Part shown: positions 29,601-38,440 of the stretch, piece after piece
Layout: each line of letters opens with the position of its first letter
Position numbering within the stretch: the first letter of the stretch is position 1
From: an uncultured Chloroflexia bacterium
GTDB taxonomy: Bacteria; Chloroflexota; Limnocylindria; QHBO01
Direction of reading: 5' to 3'
Assembly: GCA_963844415.1 (NCBI GenBank)
Contig: CAWJOA010000005.1
Location: forward strand, 412,876 to 476,875
Length of the DNA stretch: 64,000 bases
Notes under the pieces: model-generated
Databases searched by the model: none
What the model saw: only the letters and a program-made list of their open reading frames with translations
What the model was told of the DNA's origin: nothing
Position numbers and translations under genes: made by a program

Positions 29601-30005
29601 TCGTACACCGTGACGGTCGTATTCGCGGGTGATGTGACCTATGAGCCGGCATCGGCATCGGGAACGGCCGCCGTCGTCGACTTCCACTTCCTCGCGCCGA
29701 TCGACGAGGCCCCGGTCGTGAACGTGGTGAAGCCCGGATCGACCGTACCGATCAAGTTCAGCCTCGGCGGCAACCATGGCCTCGGGGTCCTGGATGGGAC
29801 GCCGCGGACCGTCGCCTACGACTGCGACACGGGCGCCCTGCAGGATCCGGTGGAGACCACGAACACCGCGAACAGCGGCCTGACCTTCTCGGACGGGGTC
29901 TACCAGTACAACTGGAAGACGGCGAAGAATGCCCGCGGCTGCTTCCGGTTCGAGCTCGCCCTCGACGACGGCAGCGTCTACGTCGCGCTCTTCCGGCTGC
30001 GCTGA
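23651..30005 (+). CDS. Giant secreted multidomain protein (~2100 aa once frames are joined): signal peptide, CSLREA/parallel beta-helix repeats, GON domain, PPC-like domain with (S/A)PSVF repeat, clan-CD-like Cys peptidase-like domain, Ig-like repeats, C-terminal PxKF domain
   Basis: Joins track ORFs 23651..26698 and 26043..30005. TTG 23651 follows GAGGA by 5 nt. Signal peptide AIVASIAAVVALTGVFTLPPAPTRA. Motifs: GSLRQAILDAN; GNRIGTDG/GNSIHDNGGLGID; GRYVILPAGGQRFSVHCADM...KVRLNP (GON); RARWYRFPI...ADYDLAIF...GSFYVRVTG (PPC-like); IIGDDTVIPFF, YLAGHFSA, FSGGCHSG; VKPGSTVPIKFSL...YQYNWKT...CFRFEL (PxKF). Frame breaks near 24356, 24407, 24439 and 25968. Confidence 0.75.
26346..26615 (+). repeat. 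18 tandem 15-bp units encoding (S/A)PSVF x17 plus one SPDAY, in frame inside the giant gene
   Basis: Three alternating unit variants: agcccgagcgtgttc, agcccgagcgtcttc, tcgccatcggtcttc. Higher-order 30- and 60-nt periodicity is visible. Confidence 0.95.
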
Positions 30006-30127
30006 CGCGGAGTCCGATTCACTCGAAGGCGAGGACGCAGCTCCGGTCGGCGTGGATCGACCGGCCCCAATGCGGGTCGGCATCGGTCCTGCGGTTAGAT
30101 CTGTCCAGCACGTTCGAGGAGAGACCG

Positions 30128-30844
30128 ATGGCGAACCTGCGCATCACCAGGCTCGGGCACGGCGGCGTCCTGTATCGGTCGCCCGACGACGCCTGGGTCT
30201 GGGTGGACCGATGGACCGGCGCGCCAACCTACGCCGATGCGTTCCGCACCGCGGACAAGGTGAGCGTCGTTGCGCCGACGCACTGCCACTTCGACCACGT
30301 CGGCGACGACTGCGTCGATCTCGTCGAGCTGGCCAGCGTCGAGGGCGCCGCGACGATCGGCTCGCACGAGATGAGCATCTGGCTCGCCGGCCGCGGCGTC
30401 GAGGCGATCGGGATGAACAAGGGCGGCACGGTCGAGGCGGCCGGCATCCGCATCACGATGGTCCACGCCGACCACACCGGCGGAGCAACACTCACCACCG
30501 GCTCCGAGCAGGTCACGCGCGACTTCGGCTGCTGGGGCTGGGTCCTCGAGTTCGAGGACGGCACGACGGTCTATCACTCCGGCGACACCGACCTGTTCGG
30601 CGATATGAACCTCGTTCGCGAGCGCTTCGAGCCCGAGATCGCGGTGCTGCCGATCGGCGGGCACTACACGATGGGACCGCGCGACGCTGGCCGGGCGCTG
30701 GCCCTGATCGGTGCGTCGACGGTCATCCCGGTCCACTACGGCACCTTCCCGATCCTGGCCGGAACGCCGGACCAGCTCGCGGATGCGACCGACGCGCGCG
30801 TCGTCGCCCTCGAGCCGGGCGAGACCTGGGAAGCCGAGCCGTAA
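30128..30844 (+). CDS. MBL-fold metal-dependent hydrolase (UPF0173 family)
   Basis: Track ORF. Motifs PTHCHFDHVGD, YHSGDTDLF, VIPVHYGTF. GAGGAGAG Shine-Dalgarno 5 nt upstream. Confidence 0.8.
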   Translation: MANLRITRLGHGGVLYRSPDDAWVWVDRWTGAPTYADAFRTADKVSVVAPTHCHFDHVGDDCVDLVELASVEGAATIGSHEMSIWLAGRGVEAIGMNKGGTVEAAGIRITMVHADHTGGATLTTGSEQVTRDFGCWGWVLEFEDGTTVYHSGDTDLFGDMNLVRERFEPEIAVLPIGGHYTMGPRDAGRALALIGASTVIPVHYGTFPILAGTPDQLADATDARVVALEPGETWEAEP

Positions 30845-30854
30845 CCAAGGCGCG

Positions 30855-31424
30855 CTAGGCGCCGACCCGCAGGACCGACTCGGTCAAGATGTGGAAGACA
30901 AGGGCCGCGCCGACGAGCACGGCGAGCGTCGCGACGACGATGTTCGCGGTCACCGCATGGACCCGCACGGCGACGACGGAATCGCCGGCCTCGCGCTCGA
31001 TGCGCAGATCCAGGAGCGGGATCAGCGCGACGACGAACGCAAGCAGCGGTGCGATCACGAGGGCCAGATCGAGGGGACGCACGGTGCCGATCCAGGCGAC
31101 CCATGGATCGGTGACGGCCGCGACAGCGCCGAACCCCAGCTCGTGACCGAGGAGCGAGAGAGCCACCACCGCGAGGGTCGGGAGCAGCAGGACGCCCGCG
31201 GCCAGCGCGAAGGCCGATGGGTGGCGGTAGGCCGGCTCGAAGCGCATTGGTGCACCTCCATACAGGTGCTCGCGCCAGGCCGATCGGGCAAGGTCGGCCG
31301 CATCGGCCAGCGAGCTGTCGGAATGCTCGACGAGGTCAGCGACCTCGTCCGCGTAGCGGGCACGCCAACCCGCTGGATGCAGGCGGACCGCGGCGCGAGC
31401 GAGCGCGCGACCGAGGCGGGTCAC
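30855..31424 (-). CDS. Membrane protein co-transcribed with PadR (hypothetical)
   Basis: Track ORF. Four predicted TM segments. The start overlaps the padR stop. Confidence 0.5.
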   Translation of the reverse strand: MTRLGRALARAAVRLHPAGWRARYADEVADLVEHSDSSLADAADLARSAWREHLYGGAPMRFEPAYRHPSAFALAAGVLLLPTLAVVALSLLGHELGFGAVAAVTDPWVAWIGTVRPLDLALVIAPLLAFVVALIPLLDLRIEREAGDSVVAVRVHAVTANIVVATLAVLVGAALVFHILTESVLRVGA

Positions 31425-31720
31425 GCGGCGACCTCGATCCGTCGCAGGCCAGTCTGGACGGCCGCGTTCAGGCCGCGCAGCCGACCAGCAAGGGACGTCC
31501 GACCGCGATCCGTGAGGCGATATGGTCGACGCCTGCCTTCGGCTTCCTTCGCCTCGATGAGCCCCTCGGCCTCGAGGCGACCGATCGCCCCATAGAGCGT
31601 GCCCGGACCGAGACGGACGCCCGCGAAGGCCTCGACGTCGAGCATGATCGCGTGCCCGTGCCGAGGGCCAGCCGCGAGGCTGACGAGCACGAGCAGGTTC
31701 GGGTCGTTGGTTGCCCCCAT
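31421..31720 (-). CDS. PadR family transcriptional regulator, 99 aa
   Basis: MGATNDPNLLVLVSLAAGPRHGHAIMLDVE...GTLYGAIGRLEAEGLIE...RRPYRLTDRG, within track ORF 31421..31915(-). Confidence 0.85.
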   Translation of the reverse strand: MGATNDPNLLVLVSLAAGPRHGHAIMLDVEAFAGVRLGPGTLYGAIGRLEAEGLIEAKEAEGRRRPYRLTDRGRTSLAGRLRGLNAAVQTGLRRIEVAA

Positions 31721-31731
31721 TCGGCGCTCAC

Positions 31732-31750
31732 TACTACGTACCACGTAGTA
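31732..31750. promoter_or_regulatory. Palindrome between padR and ggt (candidate PadR operator)
   Basis: TACTACGT-acc-ACGTAGTA, perfect 8-bp arms. Confidence 0.4.
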
Positions 31751-31796
31751 TCGACGCTCAGTCAAGCCCGGCGTCGATCCTGCTACCGTCACGGCC

Positions 31797-33368
31797 ATGT
31801 CCTCCCCAGCCTCGCCGAACGGGATGATCGTCACGCCGCATCCAACGGCAACGGCGGCCGGCGTCGAAGCGCTCCGCGCGGGCGGTACAGCGGTCGACGC
31901 GGCCGTCGCGGCCAACGCGATGCTCGCGGTCGTCTACTGCAACGCCTGCGGCCTCGGCGGCGACGCATTCGCCCTCGTCTGGGACCCCGGCGAGGGCCGG
32001 CTCCACGGCTTCAACGGCAGCGGACGCTCCCCCGCCGCGCTTACGATCGACGCCGTCCGCGCCGCCGGCCACGACACGATGCCGCCGCGCGGTCCGCTGA
32101 CGATCGACGTCCCGGGAGCGGTGGACGCCTGGGTACAGCTGCTCGACCGATTCGGCCGCCGTTCCCTGGCCGATGCCCTCGCGCCCGCGGCGACCACCGC
32201 CGACGACGGCTACGGGCTGACGGCGATCACCTCGCGCGCGATCCATGCGTCGCTCCCATCCTTCGACGGTGCCGCACAGGCGGTGTTCGGCAGCGCGGGC
32301 AACGCTGGCGAGACCTTCCGCCAGCCGCTGCTTGCCGCAACCCTGCGCGCACTTGGCGATGGCGGCCGCGAGGCCTACTACGGCGGACCGATCGGCGAGG
32401 AGATCGCCCGGGCCATCCAGGCCGCGGGCGGGGTCATGACTTCCGACGACATCGCCGCGCACCGCGGCGAGTGGGTCGACCCCGTCTCCACGACTTATGC
32501 CGGGGCCGAGATCGCCACGATCCCGCCGAACTCGCAGGGCATCACTGCGCTGATCGCGCTCAACGTCCTCTCCACGCTCGAGTGGCCGATGGATGCTCCG
32601 ATCGACCGGCTGCACGCCCAGCTCGAGGCGGTCAAGGTGGCCTGGAGCGAGCGCGACCGATGCGTCGCCGAGCCCGATCGGGGCCTGGCGGACCCATCGG
32701 CGCTGCTATCGCCGGAACATGCCGAGTGGCTCGCGTCACGGCTGTCGCCGGATCGGGCGCATCGGTACACGCCGACGAACCCGCCCGGCGGCGGCACGGT
32801 CTACCTGTGCGCCGCCGACGGCGACGGGATGATGGTCAGCCTCATCGAGTCGAACTACATGGGCTTCGGCTCGGGGATCATCGGCGGGTCGACCGGGATC
32901 ATGCTCCAGAACCGCGGCGCCTACTTCTCGCTGGATCCGTCGCACCCCAACGCCCTGGCGCCGCGCTCGCGGCCGCTGCACACGCTCATGCCCGGGATGC
33001 TGCTGCGCGACGGTCGTGCGGAGGTCGCGCTCGGCGCGATGGGCGGCGATGGCCAGCCGCAGACGATGGTCCAGCTCGTCACGGGGCTGCTCGACGACGG
33101 GCTCGACCCGCAGGCCGTCGTGGACCGGCCGCGCTGGGTCGTCTCGACCGAGGGCTCCGGCCAGCCGCTCGGGCCGGTGCATCTCGAGTCCGATGGGTGG
33201 GACGCGTTCGACCGTCGAGGCGCTGGAGGCGCTCGGCCACACCGCGGCGCTCATCGAGCCACGGACACCGGCGACCGGTTGGGCGCAGGTCATCCGCCGG
33301 CGGCCCGACGGCTCCTACGAGGGCGGCGCAGATCCCCGAGCGGACTCGCTGGCCGCCGGCTGGTCTGA
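31797..33368 (+). CDS. ggt: Gamma-glutamyltransferase; last ~55 codons read out of the conserved frame
   Basis: Track ORF. Motifs GGTAVDAAVAANAMLAVV, GGDAFALVW, autoprocessing context PPGGGTVYLCAAD, MGGDGQPQ. The conserved C-terminus TVEALEALGHTAALIEP...GGADPRADSLAAGW lies in the +1 frame (track ORF 33016..33891). TACCGT-N7-ATG precedes the start. Confidence 0.85.
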   Translation: MSSPASPNGMIVTPHPTATAAGVEALRAGGTAVDAAVAANAMLAVVYCNACGLGGDAFALVWDPGEGRLHGFNGSGRSPAALTIDAVRAAGHDTMPPRGPLTIDVPGAVDAWVQLLDRFGRRSLADALAPAATTADDGYGLTAITSRAIHASLPSFDGAAQAVFGSAGNAGETFRQPLLAATLRALGDGGREAYYGGPIGEEIARAIQAAGGVMTSDDIAAHRGEWVDPVSTTYAGAEIATIPPNSQGITALIALNVLSTLEWPMDAPIDRLHAQLEAVKVAWSERDRCVAEPDRGLADPSALLSPEHAEWLASRLSPDRAHRYTPTNPPGGGTVYLCAADGDGMMVSLIESNYMGFGSGIIGGSTGIMLQNRGAYFSLDPSHPNALAPRSRPLHTLMPGMLLRDGRAEVALGAMGGDGQPQTMVQLVTGLLDDGLDPQAVVDRPRWVVSTEGSGQPLGPVHLESDGWDAFDRRGAGGARPHRGAHRATDTGDRLGAGHPPAARRLLRGRRRSPSGLAGRRLV

Positions 33369-33381
33369 GCGGGTTCACGCG

Positions 33382-33561
33382 CCTCGATGTATCGAGGTGA
33401 ATTCACCTGACGGCTTTCCCGCGCGCAGTTCCCGCGCTGTATCGAGAGCCCCGCAGCGTGAGCCGCGCGCCCGCGAGCACTTCATGCGTCCCGGCTCTCG
33501 ATGGACCGCGGAAATCGCACCGGACAGGGCCCTCACGTCACTTTCCCTCGATCTATCGAGA
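33382..33561. repeat. 180-bp intergenic module built from CTCGAT-NN-ATCGAG palindromes
   Basis: CCTCGATgtATCGAGG at 33382-33397 and CTCGATctATCGAG at 33547-33560. Between them is an everted pair, ATCGAGAGCC (33441-33450) and GGCTCTCGAT (33493-33502), each 44 nt from its flanking palindrome. GGTGAATTCACC lies at 33396-33407. Confidence 0.5.
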
Positions 33562-33588
33562 CGCGCGGTTGCGTGCGGTGCCCGTCGC

Positions 33589-34254
33589 CTACGAGAGGTC
33601 CTTGTCCTCCATCTCCCAGGCGTGGTCGAGCACGTGATAGGCGGTGTGCCGCAGCAGCAACGCGATCGTCCAGTTTCGGCCTCTCGCCATCTTCCCCTGC
33701 GCGTTGTGGTCACGCATGGCCGCCACGAATTGATCGCGGTGCGAACGGAGGCCCTCGGGTGTCAGCGAATCGTCGGCAGAGAGGACGCCGACCTTCCTCG
33801 CCAGGTCGCCCCGCTCGTTGCCGACGACGTGGCGGACGATCTGGTCGCGATTGCGACCGCCGCCTCGCGGACCTCGCGCCAGCTCGGGTGAGACCCGAGC
33901 GGCGACGTCGTCGAAGTAGCGCCACGCCGCCTCGAGCAGCGTGAGCTTGCGTTCCAGCTCATCCTCGGGCATCGAGCCCTCCTCGAGCGAGGACGGGGCG
34001 AAGGAGATGCCCCAGAAGTCGGTCGATCCCACCCCGACGTGGTCCTCGACGATCTCGAGTGGGCCTGCCGCGTCGAACTCCGCCTCCAGCCCCGCGAGGT
34101 GTGCGATGGGCCGATAGCGGTCTCGGTAGGCGTCGAGCAGATCGACCGCGTCGCCGGGCGTCTTCGCGCCGCGGCTCCAGCCCGGCCAGTCGACGGCGAA
34201 GACGGCGGTCTTCTTGTCCTTCGGGCCATGCTGGACGACGGTGCGAACGGGCAT
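33589..34254 (-). CDS. Hypothetical protein with DinB-like C-terminal helices
   Basis: Track ORF, high GC3. C-terminus LLRHTAYHVLDHAWEMED. TAGGGT-N6-ATG precedes the start. Function not recognised. Confidence 0.5.
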   Translation of the reverse strand: MPVRTVVQHGPKDKKTAVFAVDWPGWSRGAKTPGDAVDLLDAYRDRYRPIAHLAGLEAEFDAAGPLEIVEDHVGVGSTDFWGISFAPSSLEEGSMPEDELERKLTLLEAAWRYFDDVAARVSPELARGPRGGGRNRDQIVRHVVGNERGDLARKVGVLSADDSLTPEGLRSHRDQFVAAMRDHNAQGKMARGRNWTIALLLRHTAYHVLDHAWEMEDKDLS

Positions 34255-34357
34255 GAGACGACCCTAGCACGCGAATCCTGACACTCTCCGGCAGGAATGC
34301 CTACGACGATTGACCGATGAGACCCGTCGTCGGCATCGGTCTATCATGACGACCCCC

Positions 34358-35294
34358 ATGAGCACGCCCCGAGTCTCTCGTCCATGCCCGCGGACTGACG
34401 AAGCGCTACGCGAACGGCTTCACCGCCGTCGACGGCGTCGACTTCGACGTGCGCCCGGGCAAGGCGTTCGGCTTCCTCGGGCCGAACGGCGCGGGCAAGA
34501 CGAGCACGATGCGCATGATCGCGTGCAGCTCCCCGGTGACCGATGGCGAGCTGAGCGTCATCGGCATGGACCCACGCACCCAGGCGCGCCAGATCAAGTC
34601 GAAGCTCGGCGTCGTTCCGCAGATCGACAACCTCGACACCGAGCTGACGGTGCGCGAGAACCTCGAGATGTACGCGCGCTACTTCGACATCCCGGCCGAG
34701 GTCTTCCGCAAGCGCGCGCAGGAGCTGCTGGAGTTCGTCCAGCTCGAGGAGCGCGCCACGGACCAGGTCGAGCCACTGTCCGGCGGGATGAAGCGGCGCC
34801 TCACGATCGCCCGCGCCCTCATCAACGAGCCGGAGCTCGTCATTCTCGACGAGCCGACCACCGGCCTCGACCCGCAGGCGCGCCACCTCCTCTGGGAACG
34901 CCTCTACCAGCTGAAGCGGCGCGGGGCGACGCTCATCATCACGACCCACTACATGGACGAGGCGGAGCAGCTGTGCGACCACCTCGTGGTCATGGACAAG
35001 GCGAAGATCGTGGCCGAGGGCTCGCCGCGCCAGCTCATCGACGAGCACTCGACGCGCGAGGTGCTCGAGCTTCGCGTCACCGACAACGTCCGCGACGGCC
35101 TCGACGGCAAGCTCGACGGTCTCGCCGATCGCGTCGAGGAGCTGCCAGACCGGCTCCTGCTCTACACCGCCGACGGCGAGCGCACCCTCGAGCAGGTCAA
35201 CCAGCGGCAGATCCCGATCGAGTCGGCGCTCGTCCGTCGCTCGAGCCTGGAGGACGTCTTCCTGCGCCTGACCGGGCGCTCGCTGGTCGAATAG
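34358..35294 (+). CDS. ABC transporter ATP-binding protein (DrrA/NodI-like), N-terminus displaced by a frame slip
   Basis: ATG 34358 gives MSTP, then a CCCC run (34367-34370). ESLVHARGLTKRYANGFTAVDGVDFDVRPGKAFGFLGPNGAGKTS continues in the frame of track ORF 34449..35294. Motifs LSGGMKRRL and ILDEPTTGLD. Confidence 0.85.
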
Positions 35295-35304
35295 GCCGGG
35301 ACCG

Positions 35305-36084
35305 ATGACCGTCATCGCCGCCTCCGGCCGCGTCTGGCACCGCAACTGGCTCGTCTACCGGCGCCTCTGGCATCGGTCGCTGGCGTTCGGGTTCCTCCAG
35401 CCGGTCCTCTTCCTGACCGCCATGGGCCTCGGCCTCGGCACACTGATGACGACCGACGACCTCAGCGCGTTCGGTGGCTTCGAGTACGTCGTCTGGCTCG
35501 GTCCCGGCCTGCTCGCCGCGACGGCGATGCAGACGGCGACGTTCGAGTCGACCTACCCGATCATGAACAAGATCATGTGGGGCCGGAACTACGAGGCGAT
35601 GCTCTCGACGCCGCTCCAGATCCGCAACATCGTGTGGGGCGAGCTCGGCTGGTCCGCGTTCCGCATCGGCTCGCTGGCGGTCGTCTTCCTCGTCGTGCTC
35701 TTCCTGTTCGGCGTGCCACGCTCGCCGATGGCCGTGCTCGCCATCCCGTTCAGCATCCTCATCGGCCTTGCCTTCAGCGCGTGCCTGATCGCGTTCACCG
35801 CCACCCAGAAGAACGACGTCGGGTTCAGCGCGGTCTTCCGCTTCGTCATCAACCCGCTGTTCCTGTTCAGCGGCACGTTCTTCCCGCTCACGCAGCTGCC
35901 CGAAGGGCTCCAGGTCGTGGCGTGGGCCACGCCGCTCTTCCACGGCGTCGAGCTCGTCCGCGGCTCGATCCTCGGCACCCTGGATCCGCTCGCCGCCGTC
36001 CTGCACCTGGCCTACCTGCTGACGATGTTCGCGATCGGTGCCTGGCTCGCCGAGCGCACCCTGACCAAGCGAATGGCCGGCTAG
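35305..36084 (+). CDS. ABC-2 type transporter permease
   Basis: Track ORF, six TM segments. FLFSGTFFPLTQLP is typical ABC-2. Confidence 0.8.
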   Translation: MTVIAASGRVWHRNWLVYRRLWHRSLAFGFLQPVLFLTAMGLGLGTLMTTDDLSAFGGFEYVVWLGPGLLAATAMQTATFESTYPIMNKIMWGRNYEAMLSTPLQIRNIVWGELGWSAFRIGSLAVVFLVVLFLFGVPRSPMAVLAIPFSILIGLAFSACLIAFTATQKNDVGFSAVFRFVINPLFLFSGTFFPLTQLPEGLQVVAWATPLFHGVELVRGSILGTLDPLAAVLHLAYLLTMFAIGAWLAERTLTKRMAG

Positions 36085-36088
36085 ACCG

Positions 36089-36922
36089 ATGACGTCGCTG
36101 GCCCCCACCGCCCCCGCTCCCGCCCGGCCGAACCCGCTGGCGGTCGCCTGGTCGCGCCTCTGGCGCTCCCGGCGGCTCGTCGAGCGCAACATCCTCGTCT
36201 ACCGCCACCAGTGGATCATCATCTTCAGCGGCGTCTTCGAGCCGATCTTCTACCTCATCGGGATCGGCCTCGGCGTCGGCGGGATCATCGGCACGCTCGT
36301 GCTACCCGACGGGCGAACGATCAGCTACCTCGCCTTCGTCGCGCCCGCCCTGCTGGCCACCGCCGCGATGAACGGCGCGGTGTTCGAGACGATCTTCAAC
36401 GTCTTCTTCAAGCTCAACTTCGCGAAGACGTACGACGGCGTGCTGGCCACGCCGATGGGCATTACCGAGATCGCCCTCGGCGAGATGCTGTGGGCCCTCA
36501 TCCGCGCCTTGCTCTATGCGGTCGCGATGTTCGTGATCATGCTCGTCCTCGGGCTGATCCTCTCGCCTTGGGGCCTGCTCATCGTGCCGGCCGCGCTGCT
36601 CGTCGCCGCCGCCTTCGCCGCCGCCGGGCTGGCCGGGACGTCGTACCTGCGCACGGTCAACGACTTCGACGTGCCGATGGGCCTCATCGTCATGCCGATG
36701 TTCCTCTTCAGCGGCACGTTCTTCCCGATCGAGGCCTACCCAGAGCCCCTCCAGTGGGTCATCCAGCTCACGCCGCTGTACCACGCCATCAACCTCATCC
36801 GTGGCCTCTCGCTCGGCGTCGTCGGGCTGCCCCAGCTGTGGGACTTCATCTACCTCATCGCGTTCTTCGCGATCTGCATCACGCTCGCGATGCGCCAGAT
36901 GGAGAAGCGGCTCATCAAGTAG
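36089..36922 (+). CDS. ABC-2 type transporter permease (second subunit)
   Basis: Track ORF. Paralogous to 35305..36084 (FLFSGTFFPIEAYP). Confidence 0.8.
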   Translation: MTSLAPTAPAPARPNPLAVAWSRLWRSRRLVERNILVYRHQWIIIFSGVFEPIFYLIGIGLGVGGIIGTLVLPDGRTISYLAFVAPALLATAAMNGAVFETIFNVFFKLNFAKTYDGVLATPMGITEIALGEMLWALIRALLYAVAMFVIMLVLGLILSPWGLLIVPAALLVAAAFAAAGLAGTSYLRTVNDFDVPMGLIVMPMFLFSGTFFPIEAYPEPLQWVIQLTPLYHAINLIRGLSLGVVGLPQLWDFIYLIAFFAICITLAMRQMEKRLIK

Positions 36923-37046
36923 GCCCGCGGGGGCGAGTGCCACTGTATGGCGATGAAGCAATCGACTGCGGTCTTCCAGTGCCGATTACGCCAATGTCAA
37001 GTTTCTCCCATCGGGTTCCAAGCGAGCTGGTCATACACTCAGGTTG

Positions 37047-37538
37047 ATGCCAGAGACTGACAGCGCTCTCCTGACTCTATCCGCCGAATCACCGGATCTC
37101 GGAGAGGCGGAGTGGGTACGGTCTGGGGAGGTTCGATGGTCTCCGCGACTTGGAACCGAACCAGTAACTGGAGACGAGCTCGCTCGTAGAGATGCCCGAC
37201 TCGCGGAGCGACTCCGCCACGCGTTTGGTACTTCGCCGTATGGCCCCGTAACCCGAGATGCGGTGACGGCGAAGAAGGCCCTCGAAGTCGCAACCGGGAC
37301 AGAGGTGCGTGAAGGGCGGGGAGGGCTCCCAGCTTGCACCTGCACCCTCGGAGTCGCGCGGAGCGGGTCTGACGCGGAGCAGTACGCCGATCTCCACTTG
37401 GCTTATGCAGCCCTTGATCAAGAACACGACAGACGCATCTACACCTGCGCACAAACCGGTCGGCACTGGCAGCTGGTATACCGTGGCAGTTACTACCCCG
37501 ACGCGGATTTGTCGCCGCTGTCCGACCTCGATGCGTGA
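37047..37538 (+). CDS. Hypothetical protein
   Basis: Track ORF 37044..37538. No recognisable motif. Coding is inferred from ORF length only. Confidence 0.4.
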   Translation: MPETDSALLTLSAESPDLGEAEWVRSGEVRWSPRLGTEPVTGDELARRDARLAERLRHAFGTSPYGPVTRDAVTAKKALEVATGTEVREGRGGLPACTCTLGVARSGSDAEQYADLHLAYAALDQEHDRRIYTCAQTGRHWQLVYRGSYYPDADLSPLSDLDA

Positions 37539-37749
37539 GGTCCGGTCGTGATGTGGCTCACTGGCACTTGCAGGCGTCGTCGTCCCAAACGTCCGGGCCT
37601 AGCGGCCACCCGAGGTCAAGTAGGCCGTTTTGCAGGCGCCGCAGCCAAGGGAATCGGCTTCATGATGTGGACGGGTCTGTGACAATGGAATCTCGGAGCG
37701 CACGCACGCCTACGGGTGGGTGAGGCGGGTCCACATGAGGCAATGACCG

Positions 37750-38349
37750 ATGGTCGGGCAATTGGACTTCGCGCAGACGGTGGCGGCGGGCGCAGTCAAT
37801 GCGCTGTTCACGGCGGCGTTCACGGCGGCCTTCGTGGTGATCTTTGGCGGGATCGTCGTGCGATGGTACGAGGGGCGCGCCACTGATCGGCGTCGGCACG
37901 AGGAAGAGCTCCATGAGGAGTTCTTGCAAGGTCGCCAGCTCGAGCACCAGACCCGCGCCGCCTTGCGCGAAACCTACGCCCGCTTTCTGGTGGCACAGCG
38001 GCGGTCACGACAAGCTTCCATAGCCCTCGCGGACGCCGGCGGCTCGTCTTCCGCCAAGGATCTTGACAAGGCGGCTCTGCAGGCGCACGACGAGTTCATT
38101 GACGTGTATCACCTGCTAAACCTCGACGCATCACGAGAGATGTGGCTGGACGCGCGCGGGCTGCGGGCAGCGCTGGACGATTTGCTCAAACTCGGCCAAA
38201 AAGGCAACGCGGCGGAATGCGAGCCGCTCGTAGAGCTAGCGCGGAAGTTACGCCAAAACCTCGAATGGAGCTTCCGGCTCCGTCTCGACCCCAAGCGACC
38301 GCCCCTCCAGGACCGGAACAAGGACGTCGGCGAGTACGCTCGAGTCTGA
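37750..38349 (+). CDS. Hypothetical N-terminally membrane-anchored helical protein
   Basis: Track ORF. TM segment AVNALFTAAFTAAFVVIFGGIVV followed by a charged helical region. Confidence 0.45.
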   Translation: MVGQLDFAQTVAAGAVNALFTAAFTAAFVVIFGGIVVRWYEGRATDRRRHEEELHEEFLQGRQLEHQTRAALRETYARFLVAQRRSRQASIALADAGGSSSAKDLDKAALQAHDEFIDVYHLLNLDASREMWLDARGLRAALDDLLKLGQKGNAAECEPLVELARKLRQNLEWSFRLRLDPKRPPLQDRNKDVGEYARV

Positions 38350-38440
38350 ATCTGGCAACAGCTCACACCGCGGTACCGGGATTCGGCTTCATGGCGTCTC
38401 GGCACTGCTCTCCAGTGCCGGAGGTTACTCGGCGCCCCTC

